64,000 nucleotides of DNA from a bacterium (lineage in GTDB: Bacteria; Patescibacteriota; Patescibacteriia; Magasanikbacterales; GWA2-37-8), in contig JBDROJ010000027.1 of NCBI GenBank assembly GCA_043810165.1, forward strand, positions 36,974-100,973, written 5' to 3'. The position numbers were made by a program, and so were the translations under genes. Below, one piece after another: positions 1-9,473 of the stretch. The notes beneath the pieces are model-generated. The model saw only the letters and a program-made list of their open reading frames with translations. It was not told where the DNA came from and ran no database searches. The first letter of the stretch is position 1. Every line of letters begins with the position of its first letter.

Positions 1-72
1 GATCCCATCCACTGTGATGACCAGTCCATCCGATGTTTTCTCCATGCTCACCCTTTTTTCTGTTTTCATGGG

Positions 73-582
73 TCACTCCTTTTCCTCGTCGTCGTTGTTG
101 TTGAAGTCAGTGCCTCTTGGACGAATGCCGGAATGTTCATTTCCAGACACCTGTTTGTGTTCCTTGGAAGGCGGATCTCCGGCCTTGATCGGCTCCATGT
201 CCTGGGTTGTGGGCAAAGGCATGGAATGCCTGGGTAGGTTGCTGTCACCACGGAACACGAAGTTTGCAGACAGTCTGACCAGCCTCATCTCCTCCAGCAG
301 ATAGAGTCCGTCCGGACCGTCCCACACATGCTCGTGCAGATCTGATGTCATGATCTCTTGGTTGATGATCTCGTACTCCTCCTGGCTAATGGAGATACTG
401 TGTCCGGTTCTGACATCATCTCGGATAGCAACCAGGAACAGGCCGGCCGTGAGCGCATAGGCCATCTCCTTGGATCCTACCTTGAAGATATACTCGCCAA
501 CGATCACGAAGGCCTCATACCTATTTTTGTTTTGTAAGAACACCCTTGGCTGGATCGATCCGTCCTCTTTCTTCTCATCCAT
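73..582 (-). CDS. hypothetical protein encoded in the GC-rich 5' islet (169 aa)
   Basis: Long ORF with an upstream AAAGGAAAAGGA SD-like stretch. Local GC is ~50% versus ~34% for the rest of the window. No recognisable catalytic motif. Confidence 0.4.
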   Translation of the reverse strand: MDEKKEDGSIQPRVFLQNKNRYEAFVIVGEYIFKVGSKEMAYALTAGLFLVAIRDDVRTGHSISISQEEYEIINQEIMTSDLHEHVWDGPDGLYLLEEMRLVRLSANFVFRGDSNLPRHSMPLPTTQDMEPIKAGDPPSKEHKQVSGNEHSGIRPRGTDFNNNDDEEKE

Positions 583-865
583 AATCCTTTTCCTTTCACC
601 TTTTTTAGGTGGTTGTCAATGATTTTGCTTATATATAAGCACATTTTTATTGTTTTGTCAAGAGCTAAAACCTCTAAAATACCTTATTTTAGACAAAAAA
701 AACACCCCAATTTGCATTAGAGTGCTTTATTTAAGATCGGCTCCTTCGTTATAAACACCAGTTTGATGTGTATAACGAGAAGTGGAGCCGATCAATACAG
801 CGAAAAAGGACCACGTTCTCTGGAAATTCGCGCGGATTTGCGCTTTGGTAGGTTGGTCGGTTGCG

Positions 866-1240
866 CTAGAGCTGCACTTCTGACTCTGCTCGGTGCTGGT
901 CCATGTAGAAGGACTCCTGCACGAGTTTGTCCGGCTGGATAACCGGAGTGGTCTGGACGGCTCGGGCTTGTGATGCCTTCCTCGGCTCTCTGGCCGTGAT
1001 GATCACGCCCGGGTCGGCGGGAAGACGTCCCGCAGACCAGCATGTCTTGAGATCTGGGAAAATGATCAGGGCATATCTGACCAGGCGATTGGCATCGTCC
1101 TGGTCAAACCTGCCCATAATTGCCTTGTTCTGGGCTTCCATTACCTCGGAGCTTGTACGTACAGCCCCGAAGGCGAAGAAGTCCCTGACACTGTCGGTTC
1201 CTTGCTCTTTCAGAGCAAACTTCAACATACCCTTTGCCAT
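866..1240 (-). CDS. hypothetical protein (124 aa from the internal Met MAKGMLKF...), GC-rich islet
   Basis: The track ORF 866..1321 was trimmed to the Met preceded by an AAAGGAGAG SD. The stop is followed by an extended imperfect hairpin at 728-790. No recognisable family. Confidence 0.4.
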   Translation of the reverse strand: MAKGMLKFALKEQGTDSVRDFFAFGAVRTSSEVMEAQNKAIMGRFDQDDANRLVRYALIIFPDLKTCWSAGRLPADPGVIITAREPRKASQARAVQTTPVIQPDKLVQESFYMDQHRAESEVQL

Positions 1241-1363
1241 TTTCAGGCTCTCCTTTCCTGTGATACAGCTAGTTGAGGTTGGAATTGAAAACAGTATACA
1301 CAAAAAACAGCATACTGTCAATATGCTGTTGTGCGAGAGTGTTATTTTTTTTTTACAAGTTCT

Positions 1364-2050
1364 CTAAATTTTTTTCATATATGCCAACCAAAAATTTCTC
1401 TTATAACTCCGACCTTTAAATCTGGTATAATTGGTCTTTTTCAATAATTTGATAATTTTAAAATACCTTGAATAAAGATCCATAAAATCTTGGCGCGCAA
1501 AAACTCTTTCAATTAAATTCATATCTTTGTTAATATAAGTGCCTGCTTCCGCGCCAGGACTTTTTTTAAGCAATGCCTTGGCATTCTTATCACCATCCTT
1601 GCACAAGCCTTTGAAGAAAAAATAGCCGTTTTTTTTCAATACTCTATGCGTTTCGGATAAGTATATACCGCACTCTTGTTTATTTAAAGAATTAGAAGAA
1701 GTTATATCCAATACCAAATCAAACATTTCATTATCAAATGGATATCCTGATCCAATATTATGAAATTTATAATCAACTTTGACATTCATTTTTTTAGCCA
1801 AAGACTTGGCTAGATTGATTGCTGTATGAGATATTTCAAGACCAATTACCTTATTACCAAGTTCTGCTAAATAATTAGCATTTCTTCCAGTGCCGGATCC
1901 TAAATCCAAGACTGTTAAATTTCCTAGTTCAATGCCTTCTTGTTTTTTTAAAAATTTTAAAAAGCGGAGCACGTCCTTTTGTGGAGCGTCTCCTTTGGCA
2001 ACTAATTGCGGATTTTGATATTCTTTTTCCCAAGCAGTATTCTGTGGCAT
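1364..2050 (-). CDS. class I SAM-dependent methyltransferase
   Basis: Motif I VLDLGSGTGRNANYL (GxGxG SAM-binding loop). Size (228 aa) is typical of small-molecule or RNA methyltransferases. Confidence 0.75.
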   Translation of the reverse strand: MPQNTAWEKEYQNPQLVAKGDAPQKDVLRFLKFLKKQEGIELGNLTVLDLGSGTGRNANYLAELGNKVIGLEISHTAINLAKSLAKKMNVKVDYKFHNIGSGYPFDNEMFDLVLDITSSNSLNKQECGIYLSETHRVLKKNGYFFFKGLCKDGDKNAKALLKKSPGAEAGTYINKDMNLIERVFARQDFMDLYSRYFKIIKLLKKTNYTRFKGRSYKRNFWLAYMKKI

Positions 2051-2150
2051 ACAATTATTTTAATTGACTTTTAACCAAAAACTAGATAAAATAGGCGAGA
2101 TATTGAACTCATACTGCATTATATCACGAATTTTTTAAATTGCACAAAAT

Positions 2151-3302
2151 ATGAATCTAATCATCCATCCAGACGAATTATTCCTCAAGGGCGCCAACCA
2201 GAAATTTTTTTACGACCAGTTAGTAGAAAATCTGCTGGACTTATTTAAGGGTATAAAAATTAAGAGAGTAGAGGGCGGATTATGGGTGGAAAACTTTGTT
2301 AAAAATGAACTAAAGCGGTTAGCTTTTATTCCAGGCATAGCTAATTTTTCCCAAGCTTGGAAATGCAAAGATGATATTGATTCCATAACTAAATTATTTG
2401 GCTTATCTCTTCGAGACAAGATTGGCAATAACAAAATTAAAACTTTTCGCATAACAGCCAATCGCAATTATAAAAAATACGCCTTAACTTCTTTGCAAAT
2501 AGCTGAAAAACTAGGAGAGCATGTGAGAAAAGAATTTAATTTAAAAGTAGATTTAAAAAATCATGAGCTTAATATTTTTGTTACAATAAATAAGGAACAA
2601 GCCATTGTTTACGCCAACCCAATCACCGGAATAGGAGGCCTTCCAACCGGCACGTCCGGCAAGGTTTTGTGCCTGGTATCCGGAGGAATTGACAGCCCTG
2701 TATCAGCTTATAAAATGATGGGCAGGGGAGCGCAAGTCGGCATTATTCATTTTTTAAACAAAACCGGGGTAAGCCAAGCCATTAGTGAAAAAATAATAGA
2801 TTTATGCAAAACCCTTTCTCAATACCAGCCACAAGTGCAATTATTTGTTGTGGGTTTTAAAGAAATGCAAAGACAAGTGGTTATGAAAATACCGGGCGAT
2901 CACCGCATGTTAGCTACTCGGCGCCTATTTTTCAAAATATCTGAAAAAATTGCAAAAGAAAACCGATATCAAGCCTTGGCAACAGGCGACAGCCTGGGAC
3001 AAGTAGCCTCGCAAACAATTGAAAACATGAATGTAATTTACCAAGCCACAGACATGTTAAAATTTTCTCCTTTGATAGCTCTGAACAAGAGAGAGATTAT
3101 AAAAATAGCCAAGGATATAGGCACGCTAGAAATATCACAAAGGCCATATGAGGACTGTTGTAGCCTATTTGTGGCCAAACATCCGCAAACTAAAGCTAAA
3201 CTAGACCAGGTATTGAAAATGGAAGCTGAAATGGACTTATCCACACTTGACAATTTGGATATAAAATCATACGATATTAGTATGAATACTGCACTAGCCT
3301 AG
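2151..3302 (+). CDS. thiI: tRNA 4-thiouridine(8) synthase ThiI (THUMP + PP-loop ATPase)
   Basis: PP-loop motif LVSGGIDSPVSAYKMM with an N-terminal THUMP-like region. Length 383 aa. Confidence 0.85.
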   Translation: MNLIIHPDELFLKGANQKFFYDQLVENLLDLFKGIKIKRVEGGLWVENFVKNELKRLAFIPGIANFSQAWKCKDDIDSITKLFGLSLRDKIGNNKIKTFRITANRNYKKYALTSLQIAEKLGEHVRKEFNLKVDLKNHELNIFVTINKEQAIVYANPITGIGGLPTGTSGKVLCLVSGGIDSPVSAYKMMGRGAQVGIIHFLNKTGVSQAISEKIIDLCKTLSQYQPQVQLFVVGFKEMQRQVVMKIPGDHRMLATRRLFFKISEKIAKENRYQALATGDSLGQVASQTIENMNVIYQATDMLKFSPLIALNKREIIKIAKDIGTLEISQRPYEDCCSLFVAKHPQTKAKLDQVLKMEAEMDLSTLDNLDIKSYDISMNTALA

Positions 3303-3388
3303 GTTTTCTTAGTTATGCTCATTGAGAAAATAATTAATTTGTGATAAAATTGCAACCATATTATTTATAGGATTAACAATTTTATCTT

Positions 3389-3988
3389 ATGACCAATGAA
3401 ATAGTTTTTGATATCGAGACGCAAAACACTTTTGCTGAAGTGGAAAATGATTTTAAAAAATTCCGCATTTCAGTAGTTTCAATTTATGAATATGCCGACG
3501 ACAAATATACAAGTTTTGCAGAAAACGAATTAGGCGGACTCTGGCCCTTGCTGGAAAAAGCGGATAGAATTATCGGATATAACAGTGAACATTTTGATCT
3601 GCCAATCTTAAATAATTATTATCCAGGGGATTTATTAAGACTGCCTCATTTGGATATAATCAAAATAGTTTTTGACAATCTGGGCAAGCGTTTAAAATTA
3701 AAAGATATTGCTGAAGCCACATTGGATAATATCACTAAAAGCGCTGATGGATTGCAAGCCATTCATTGGTGGAAGCAGGGTGAAATAGATAAAATCAAAG
3801 AATACTGCGAGCAAGATGTCAAAGTTACCAAAGAAATTTATGACTTTGGAAAAGCCAATAAACAATTATTTTATAAATCATTAACCGGCGAGATGTTGCC
3901 GTTTGCCGTAAATTTTGAATTTCAACAAGCGTTTGATCAACAAGGCCGAAGCCATGCACCAAGCATTAATTTAACTTTACCTATCTAA
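3389..3988 (+). CDS. DEDDy-type 3'-5' exonuclease domain protein (RNase D / Pol I exo-like)
   Basis: Exo I motif FDIETQN, Exo II YNSEHFDLPIL and Exo III YCEQDVKVTKEIY (Y-x3-D) in the correct order and spacing in a ~200-aa protein. Confidence 0.6.
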   Translation: MTNEIVFDIETQNTFAEVENDFKKFRISVVSIYEYADDKYTSFAENELGGLWPLLEKADRIIGYNSEHFDLPILNNYYPGDLLRLPHLDIIKIVFDNLGKRLKLKDIAEATLDNITKSADGLQAIHWWKQGEIDKIKEYCEQDVKVTKEIYDFGKANKQLFYKSLTGEMLPFAVNFEFQQAFDQQGRSHAPSINLTLPI

Positions 3989-3989
3989 T

Positions 3990-4382
3990 ATGCTGTCTCT
4001 GCGTAAAGAAACTGACTATGCCATACAATTTATCCAATTTTTAGTGGATAATAAAGATCAATGTTCTGCGCTGAAAACATTTGCCAAACAAAGCGGTATT
4101 TCTTTTTTCTTTATGCAAAAAATAGCGCGCAAGCTGAACAGAGCCGGTATAATTGAAGCCGAACAAGGCATGTGCGGAGGTTATCGCCTAAAAATTAAAC
4201 CGGATAAATTAGATCTGCACCAAATAGTAGAAATTATGGAAGAAGGGATAAGCCTGACCAAGTGCATTAAAAATTTAAGTTGCGGATGCAACAAAGGTGT
4301 AAAAAAATGCAAGGTTAAAGATATAATGAATAAATTAAATAAAGAAATCGTCAAGGCCATGAAAAAAATAAAATTAAATTAG
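3990..4382 (+). CDS. Rrf2-family transcriptional regulator (IscR-like)
   Basis: N-terminal wHTH typical of Rrf2 (SLRKETDYAIQFIQFL...SGISFFFMQKIARKLNRAGIIEAEQGMCGGYRL). A C-terminal Cys cluster (CIKNLSCGCNKGVKKC) fits an Fe-S ligand set. The gene sits directly upstream of iscS. Confidence 0.8.
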   Translation: MLSLRKETDYAIQFIQFLVDNKDQCSALKTFAKQSGISFFFMQKIARKLNRAGIIEAEQGMCGGYRLKIKPDKLDLHQIVEIMEEGISLTKCIKNLSCGCNKGVKKCKVKDIMNKLNKEIVKAMKKIKLN

Positions 4383-4410
4383 ATTAGAACTGAGATTTGA
4401 GTTAATACCT

Positions 4411-5616
4411 ATGCTTCCAAAACCAAAAGAAAAACAAGAAATATACCTGGATCATGCGGCCACCACATATATGTTGCCAGAAGTAGTAAAAGCCATGGAG
4501 CCTTTTTATATTGAAAAATATGGCAATGCCTCATCTCTATATAGCAAAGGCAGGCAGGCCAATAATATATTATTGGATTGTCGCAAAACAATTGCTGGCT
4601 TAATTCATGCTCAGCCTTTGGATATTATTTTTACCGGAGGAGGCACTGAATCTGACAATTTAGCCATTTATGGAATAGCCAAAGCGCATGAACAGAAAGG
4701 AAAGCATATAATCTCCATGGCCATTGAACACCATGCAGTTTTGCATCCATTGGAAGATTTGGAAAAACAGGGCTGGGAAATAACCTATATTAAAACCAAC
4801 AAACATGGCTTGATAGATCCAAAAGAAGTGGCCAAGGCAATTAGAAAAGATACGATTTTGATAACCATTATGTATGCTAATAATGAAATTGGTACCATCG
4901 AACCAATCGCAGATATTGGCCGGCAAGTATTAAAATATCGCAAAGCAAATAATACCAATTACCCATATTTTCATACTGACGCCTGCCAAGCAGGTGGTTA
5001 TTTGGATGTGGATGTGGAAAAATTACACGTTGATTTAATGACCATAAATGGAAGTAAAATGTATGGTCCAAAGGGCGTTGGCATGCTTTACGTGCGCCGT
5101 GGAGTTAAAATTAAGCCAATTATTTTAGGTGGATCTCAAGAAAGAAAATTGCGAGCCGGCACTGAAAATGTGCCTGGGATCGCGGGTTTTTGCAAAGCAT
5201 TTGAACTGGCACAGAAAAACAAAGATGGAGAAACAAAAAGAATAGGGGAATTGCGCAATTATCTTTGGGATCAAATCAAAAAAAGTATTTCTGATGTTAC
5301 GCTCAATGGTCCGGAATTAATTGACGACCTGCGTTTATCAAATAATCTAAACGTCAGCTTTAAAAATATTGAAGGTGAAGCAATGTTATTATATTTGGAC
5401 GAGTACGGCATAATGTGTTCAACCGGATCGGCTTGCACGTCTGATTCATTAGATCCTTCACATGTTTTAACAGCAATTGGTTTACCGGTAGAATTAGCTC
5501 ATGGAAGCCTACGATTTAGCTTCGGACACTGTAATACTAAAAATCAGGTTGATTATATTATGGAACACTTGCCAATGATAGTAAAAAAATTAAGAGAAAT
5601 TTCCGCAATTCAGTAA
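4411..5616 (+). CDS. iscS: cysteine desulfurase (IscS/NifS, PLP-dependent class V aminotransferase)
   Basis: Conserved PLP-lysine region TINGSKMYGPKGVGMLYVRRG and active-site loop CSTGSACTS. Length 401 aa. Confidence 0.9.
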   Translation: MLPKPKEKQEIYLDHAATTYMLPEVVKAMEPFYIEKYGNASSLYSKGRQANNILLDCRKTIAGLIHAQPLDIIFTGGGTESDNLAIYGIAKAHEQKGKHIISMAIEHHAVLHPLEDLEKQGWEITYIKTNKHGLIDPKEVAKAIRKDTILITIMYANNEIGTIEPIADIGRQVLKYRKANNTNYPYFHTDACQAGGYLDVDVEKLHVDLMTINGSKMYGPKGVGMLYVRRGVKIKPIILGGSQERKLRAGTENVPGIAGFCKAFELAQKNKDGETKRIGELRNYLWDQIKKSISDVTLNGPELIDDLRLSNNLNVSFKNIEGEAMLLYLDEYGIMCSTGSACTSDSLDPSHVLTAIGLPVELAHGSLRFSFGHCNTKNQVDYIMEHLPMIVKKLREISAIQ

Positions 5617-5858
5617 ATTATCGGATTATATTAATTATTACGATCCTTGTGTTTGTCCTCTGATTTGGGACAAGCAGTGTCGCATAAATAACTAATATAA
5701 TCCTATAATAAAATACCCTGAATTTTCAGAGTATTTTACAAAATCATCTTCAGATCTCCTTAATTAACCTGTAATTTAAAGATTAGTTAAGGGGATGGAA
5801 GCTGAAGATGGGCAAAAGAACAATCTGCTTCCGTAGATTAGGCACGACGGAGAATCCG

Positions 5859-6071
5859 TCATACACCCCAGACGCGCGGGTTGGGACAGAGGACCTCGAT
5901 CCTCGTAGAACTGAAGGTTCGCAAAAGACTTAAACATTCATTTGAACCACGTTCTTGAACTGGAGGTTTTCTGAACATGGATCGAATACGGCAAATATTT
6001 GCCACGCCTTGACGACACTTCTCGCAGTTGATCGGGAGTAAATCCCGAGGCGGATCGGCGACTTGTTTCAT
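5859..6071 (-). CDS. small Cys-containing hypothetical ORF in an antisense GC-rich islet (possible gene fragment)
   Basis: 70-aa ORF in a ~50% GC segment. Overlaps the upstream small ORF by 4 nt (ATGA). Contains CEKC...C. No family recognised. Confidence 0.25.
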   Translation of the reverse strand: MKQVADPPRDLLPINCEKCRQGVANICRIRSMFRKPPVQERGSNECLSLLRTFSSTRIEVLCPNPRVWGV

Positions 6072-6235
6072 GAATTTGTCTTCTCCTTTTTCCTCTTGTT
6101 GATCCTCAAGTTCACTGGATGATGTAGATCATAACGCCTGGTGTTTGGCAGGATATAGCGCTTAAAGAACCAGACCAGCGCATTCATCATCGCCTTGGTT
6201 GAATCTACCATGAAATCTGGTAGCCTAGGTATCAT
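6068..6235 (-). CDS. small basic hypothetical ORF in an antisense GC-rich islet
   Basis: The start was placed at the Met with ideal SD spacing (AAGGAGGAATGTCCATG) rather than the track start at 6292, which would abut the iscU start codon. Basic C-terminus NLRINKRKKEK. Confidence 0.3.
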   Translation of the reverse strand: MIPRLPDFMVDSTKAMMNALVWFFKRYILPNTRRYDLHHPVNLRINKRKKEKTNS

Positions 6236-6294
6236 GGACATTCCTCCTTTTTTGACAAACACCATTTTAATATATTTTTCAGACAAAGTCAATT

Positions 6295-6768
6295 ATGACT
6301 AAAAAAACAACTAAAAAACAATCAGGAAATAGTTCAGCTGACTTACGTGATCGCCAAGGCAATAGCTGGCTTTATTCTGATATAGTTAAAGAACATTTTT
6401 TCAATCCGCGAAACTTTATGCATCATGACGAAGAAAAAGAACTTGAATACAATGGCCAGGGCCGAGCCGGATCACCGGCTTGCGGTGATGAAATGATTAT
6501 GTGGATCAAAGTTGATACTAAAACAAATAAAATCAAAGATTGCCGTTGGCGTACTTTTGGATGTGGCAGTGCAATTGCTTCTACTTCAGTTTTAAGTGAA
6601 ATGATTACTGAAAATGATGGTATGCATATAGATCAAGCTATTAAAATTAAACCGCAAGATATCCTAGAACGCCTGGGTGGATTACCTGATATCAAAGTTC
6701 ATTGTTCTGTTTTAGGCGATCAAGCTTTACAAAAAGCAATTAAAAACTATCAAAATAAGCATAAGTAA
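6295..6768 (+). CDS. iscU: Fe-S cluster assembly scaffold IscU/NifU-like
   Basis: Three conserved Cys in the context GSPACGD, FGCGSAIASTS and HCSVLG, plus the LPPVK-like region. Length 157 aa. Confidence 0.85.
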   Translation: MTKKTTKKQSGNSSADLRDRQGNSWLYSDIVKEHFFNPRNFMHHDEEKELEYNGQGRAGSPACGDEMIMWIKVDTKTNKIKDCRWRTFGCGSAIASTSVLSEMITENDGMHIDQAIKIKPQDILERLGGLPDIKVHCSVLGDQALQKAIKNYQNKHK

Positions 6769-6831
6769 ACAAGAAGAGTTATATAATTTATTAAAGCGAC
6801 ACTTTCTGTCATATATCTAAGTGCAGGAACA

Positions 6832-7062
6832 ATGGGCATTATAAATTATATAATTCTTCTGAAACAAAATTTAATTTATATGACAATAACAATTGACCAA
6901 GAAAAGTGTATAGGCTGTGGCACTTGTGAAGCTTTGGCCCCTGAAGTTTTTAAATTAACACATGACGGCAAAATACAAGTGTTAAATCAAGACTCTGAAC
7001 AAGATGATATTGTTCAGATGACAGTTGATTCTTGCCCAACTCAAGCCATTATACTTGAATAA
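6832..7062 (+). CDS. small 4Fe-4S/3Fe-4S ferredoxin
   Basis: CIGCGTCEALAP...DSCP motif. The true start may be the internal Met at ~6880 (MTITIDQEKC), since the first 15 aa are hydrophobic and not ferredoxin-like. Confidence 0.7.
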   Translation: MGIINYIILLKQNLIYMTITIDQEKCIGCGTCEALAPEVFKLTHDGKIQVLNQDSEQDDIVQMTVDSCPTQAIILE

Positions 7063-7079
7063 AAGTAATAGTATTGATA

Positions 7080-7106
7080 AAGCTCGGTTCATCCGAGTTT
7101 TTTGTT
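7080..7106 (+). terminator. rho-independent terminator after the ferredoxin gene
   Basis: Hairpin CTCGGttcatCCGAG followed by TTTTTTG. Confidence 0.6.
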
Positions 7107-7143
7107 TGCATTTTTATAGTATTCTTGTTAAAATGTTTATATT

Positions 7144-7821
7144 ATGAATACAGGAAAGTTGTATATTATAGCCACCCCAATTGGTAATTTGGGAGATATT
7201 GGCTTACGCGCTTTGGAAACTTTAAAACAGGCGGATTTAATTTTGTGCGAAGATACTCGAGTAACCAGGAACTTACTCGATCGTTATCAAATTAAAACTC
7301 CGACTTTGAGCTATCATCAGCATAGCGACAGTAAAAAAATCAAAAAAATACAAAGCCTGCTGAATGAAAATAAAAATCTTGCTTTGGTTACAGATGCTGG
7401 CACGCCAGGCATTAGCGATCCGGGAAATCAATTGGTAGCTACTATTGTGGGCGAACAAAATGATCTAGGCATTCTGGTTATTCCCATCCCCGGGCCGTCA
7501 GCAGTAATCACAGCTTTGTCAGTTTCGGGTTTTCCCACTGACAAATTCTTATTTCTAGGCTTTCCTCCTCACAAAAACAAAAGACAAAAATTTTTTAAAG
7601 AACTGGCAGACAGTAAATATACAGTAGCTTTCTATGAATCAAGCCATAGAATAAAAAAATGCCTGCAAGACTTAAATAAATTTTTAGAACCTGACCAGCA
7701 AATAGTTATCTGCAGAGAATTAACTAAAAAATTTGAAAATATCTACCGGGGAACTATTGGTCAATTAATTGGCTTGGACAATATCCCTGCCAAAGGAGAA
7801 TTTGTTATTATTATAAATTAG
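7144..7821 (+). CDS. rsmI: 16S rRNA (cytidine1402-2'-O)-methyltransferase RsmI
   Basis: N-terminus LYIIATPIGNLGDIGLRALETLKQADLILCEDTR is near-identical in pattern to the RsmI tetrapyrrole-methylase-fold family. Confidence 0.85.
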   Translation: MNTGKLYIIATPIGNLGDIGLRALETLKQADLILCEDTRVTRNLLDRYQIKTPTLSYHQHSDSKKIKKIQSLLNENKNLALVTDAGTPGISDPGNQLVATIVGEQNDLGILVIPIPGPSAVITALSVSGFPTDKFLFLGFPPHKNKRQKFFKELADSKYTVAFYESSHRIKKCLQDLNKFLEPDQQIVICRELTKKFENIYRGTIGQLIGLDNIPAKGEFVIIIN

Positions 7822-7829
7822 ACATATTT

Positions 7830-9359
7830 ATGAAAGAAAAATATTATTTAACCACAGCCATCCCTTATGCTAATGCTGATCCACACATTGGATTTGCCTT
7901 GGAATTACTTTATACAGATGTAATGGCCAGATACCAAAGGCTATTGGGCAAAGATGTGTATTTTCTTACTGGCACAGATGAACATGGACAAAAAATGTAT
8001 AAAACTGCTATAGAAAAGGGCAAGGATGTGTATGAATATGCTTCATTAAAATCAGCTGTGTTTCAAAATCTGGCTGATCGGTGGAATATCACTAATAACG
8101 ATTTTATTCGCACCACCGAGGAACGGCACATGAACAAAGCGCAAAAATTTTGGGATATAGCAAATGCTAATGGCGATATTTATCAAAAAGAGTACACCGG
8201 GCATTATTGCGTTGGCTGTGAGGCTTTTAAAACAGAAAAAGACCTGGTTGATGGCAGATGTGTCAACCATAATAAAGAACCTGAAATAATTTCAGAAAAA
8301 AATTATTTTTTTCGCTTATCAAAATACCAACTGCAGATAGAAAAATTATTCAAGGAAAATCCTGATTTTGTTTTCCCAAAATCAAAATATAACGAAATGT
8401 TGCAGGTTTTAAAAGGCGGGCTGGAAGATGTAAGCATTTCTCGTTCCAAAAAAAAAATGCCTTGGGGAGTGCCATTGCCAGGAGATGACAGCCAGGTGAT
8501 GTATGTTTGGTTTGACGCCTTGACTAATTATATTACAGCTTTGGGCTGGCAATCGGATGATGAAACATTATTTAAAAAATATTGGCCTGCTGACGCGCAT
8601 ATAATCGGCAAAGATGTCAGTCGTTTTCATTCGTTATTATGGCCGGCCATGCTTATGTCTGTTGGCTTGGAACTGCCAAAAAAAATAGCTGTGCATGATT
8701 TTATGACTTTAAACGGCCAAAAAATAAGCAAGAGTTTGGGCAATGTGATCAATCCTTTAGATTTAATAGATCAATACCCGTTGGAAGCACTGCGGTATTT
8801 TTTCATGAGAGAGATACCTTTTGATCATGATGGTGATTTTTCTGATGAAAAATTTCAAGAGCGATATAATGCGGATTTAGCCAATGGCATCGGCAATCTA
8901 TGCAATCGCGTCCTGGTAATGATTGAAAAATATTCTGACGGCACTGTGCCCGGAGTAAATCAAATTTACAATGGCATGATTGAAACTTTAAATCAAGAAA
9001 TTTGGTCAAACTATAATCAGGCCATGGAAAATTTTGCTTTTAATCACGCTTTAGAGACTTGCTGGAAATTTGTGTCCTATTGCGATCAATTAATTTCCGA
9101 TAAACAACCCTGGGTGCTTATCAAGCAAGGCAAAGCTGGAGAGGTTAATGACTTATTACATCATTTGGCGGAAGCTCTGCGCCATATAGGCGTAATGATC
9201 TGGCCGATCATGCCTGAAACAGCTGAAAAAATATTTATCCAGCTTGGGTTAAATGCTAAACAAGAACTAGCCAAACCGCTTGATGAATTAAAAAATTGGG
9301 TACAATTAACTGTTGGTAATAAAATTAATAGGGGAGAGGCATTATTCCCAAGAATTTAA
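7830..9359 (+). CDS. metG: methionyl-tRNA synthetase (short form)
   Basis: HIGH-region variant PYANADPHIGFA and the KMSKS motif KISKSLGN. Cys cluster CVGCEAFK...C for the zinc knuckle. Confidence 0.9.
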   Translation: MKEKYYLTTAIPYANADPHIGFALELLYTDVMARYQRLLGKDVYFLTGTDEHGQKMYKTAIEKGKDVYEYASLKSAVFQNLADRWNITNNDFIRTTEERHMNKAQKFWDIANANGDIYQKEYTGHYCVGCEAFKTEKDLVDGRCVNHNKEPEIISEKNYFFRLSKYQLQIEKLFKENPDFVFPKSKYNEMLQVLKGGLEDVSISRSKKKMPWGVPLPGDDSQVMYVWFDALTNYITALGWQSDDETLFKKYWPADAHIIGKDVSRFHSLLWPAMLMSVGLELPKKIAVHDFMTLNGQKISKSLGNVINPLDLIDQYPLEALRYFFMREIPFDHDGDFSDEKFQERYNADLANGIGNLCNRVLVMIEKYSDGTVPGVNQIYNGMIETLNQEIWSNYNQAMENFAFNHALETCWKFVSYCDQLISDKQPWVLIKQGKAGEVNDLLHHLAEALRHIGVMIWPIMPETAEKIFIQLGLNAKQELAKPLDELKNWVQLTVGNKINRGEALFPRI

Positions 9360-9370
9360 TTAAAGATAGT

Positions 9371-9457
9371 TCAGAGTCTTATACTAAGTTTCCGAAACAT
9401 TCCGCAACTCGACGGGAGGAGATGCGAGGACGTTGAAAAGTTAGTATAAGACTCTGA
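9371..9457 (+). other. long perfect 17-bp inverted repeat (TCAGAGTCTTATACTAA / TTAGTATAAGACTCTGA) enclosing a ~53-nt GC-rich structured loop
   Basis: Seen directly in the sequence between metG and cvpA. It is followed by an A-run, not a T-run, so it is not a canonical + strand terminator. Confidence 0.5.
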
Positions 9458-9473
9458 AAAAAAATAAAATTTT

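Noticed and set aside
14-304. Plus-strand 96-aa ORF at the window start, plus the overlapping 61-aa minus-strand ORF at 66..251
   Set aside because: Both overlap the better-supported 73..582 minus-strand ORF and have low-complexity composition (SSSSLLL, TTTTT). They were treated as shadow ORFs of a GC-rich region.
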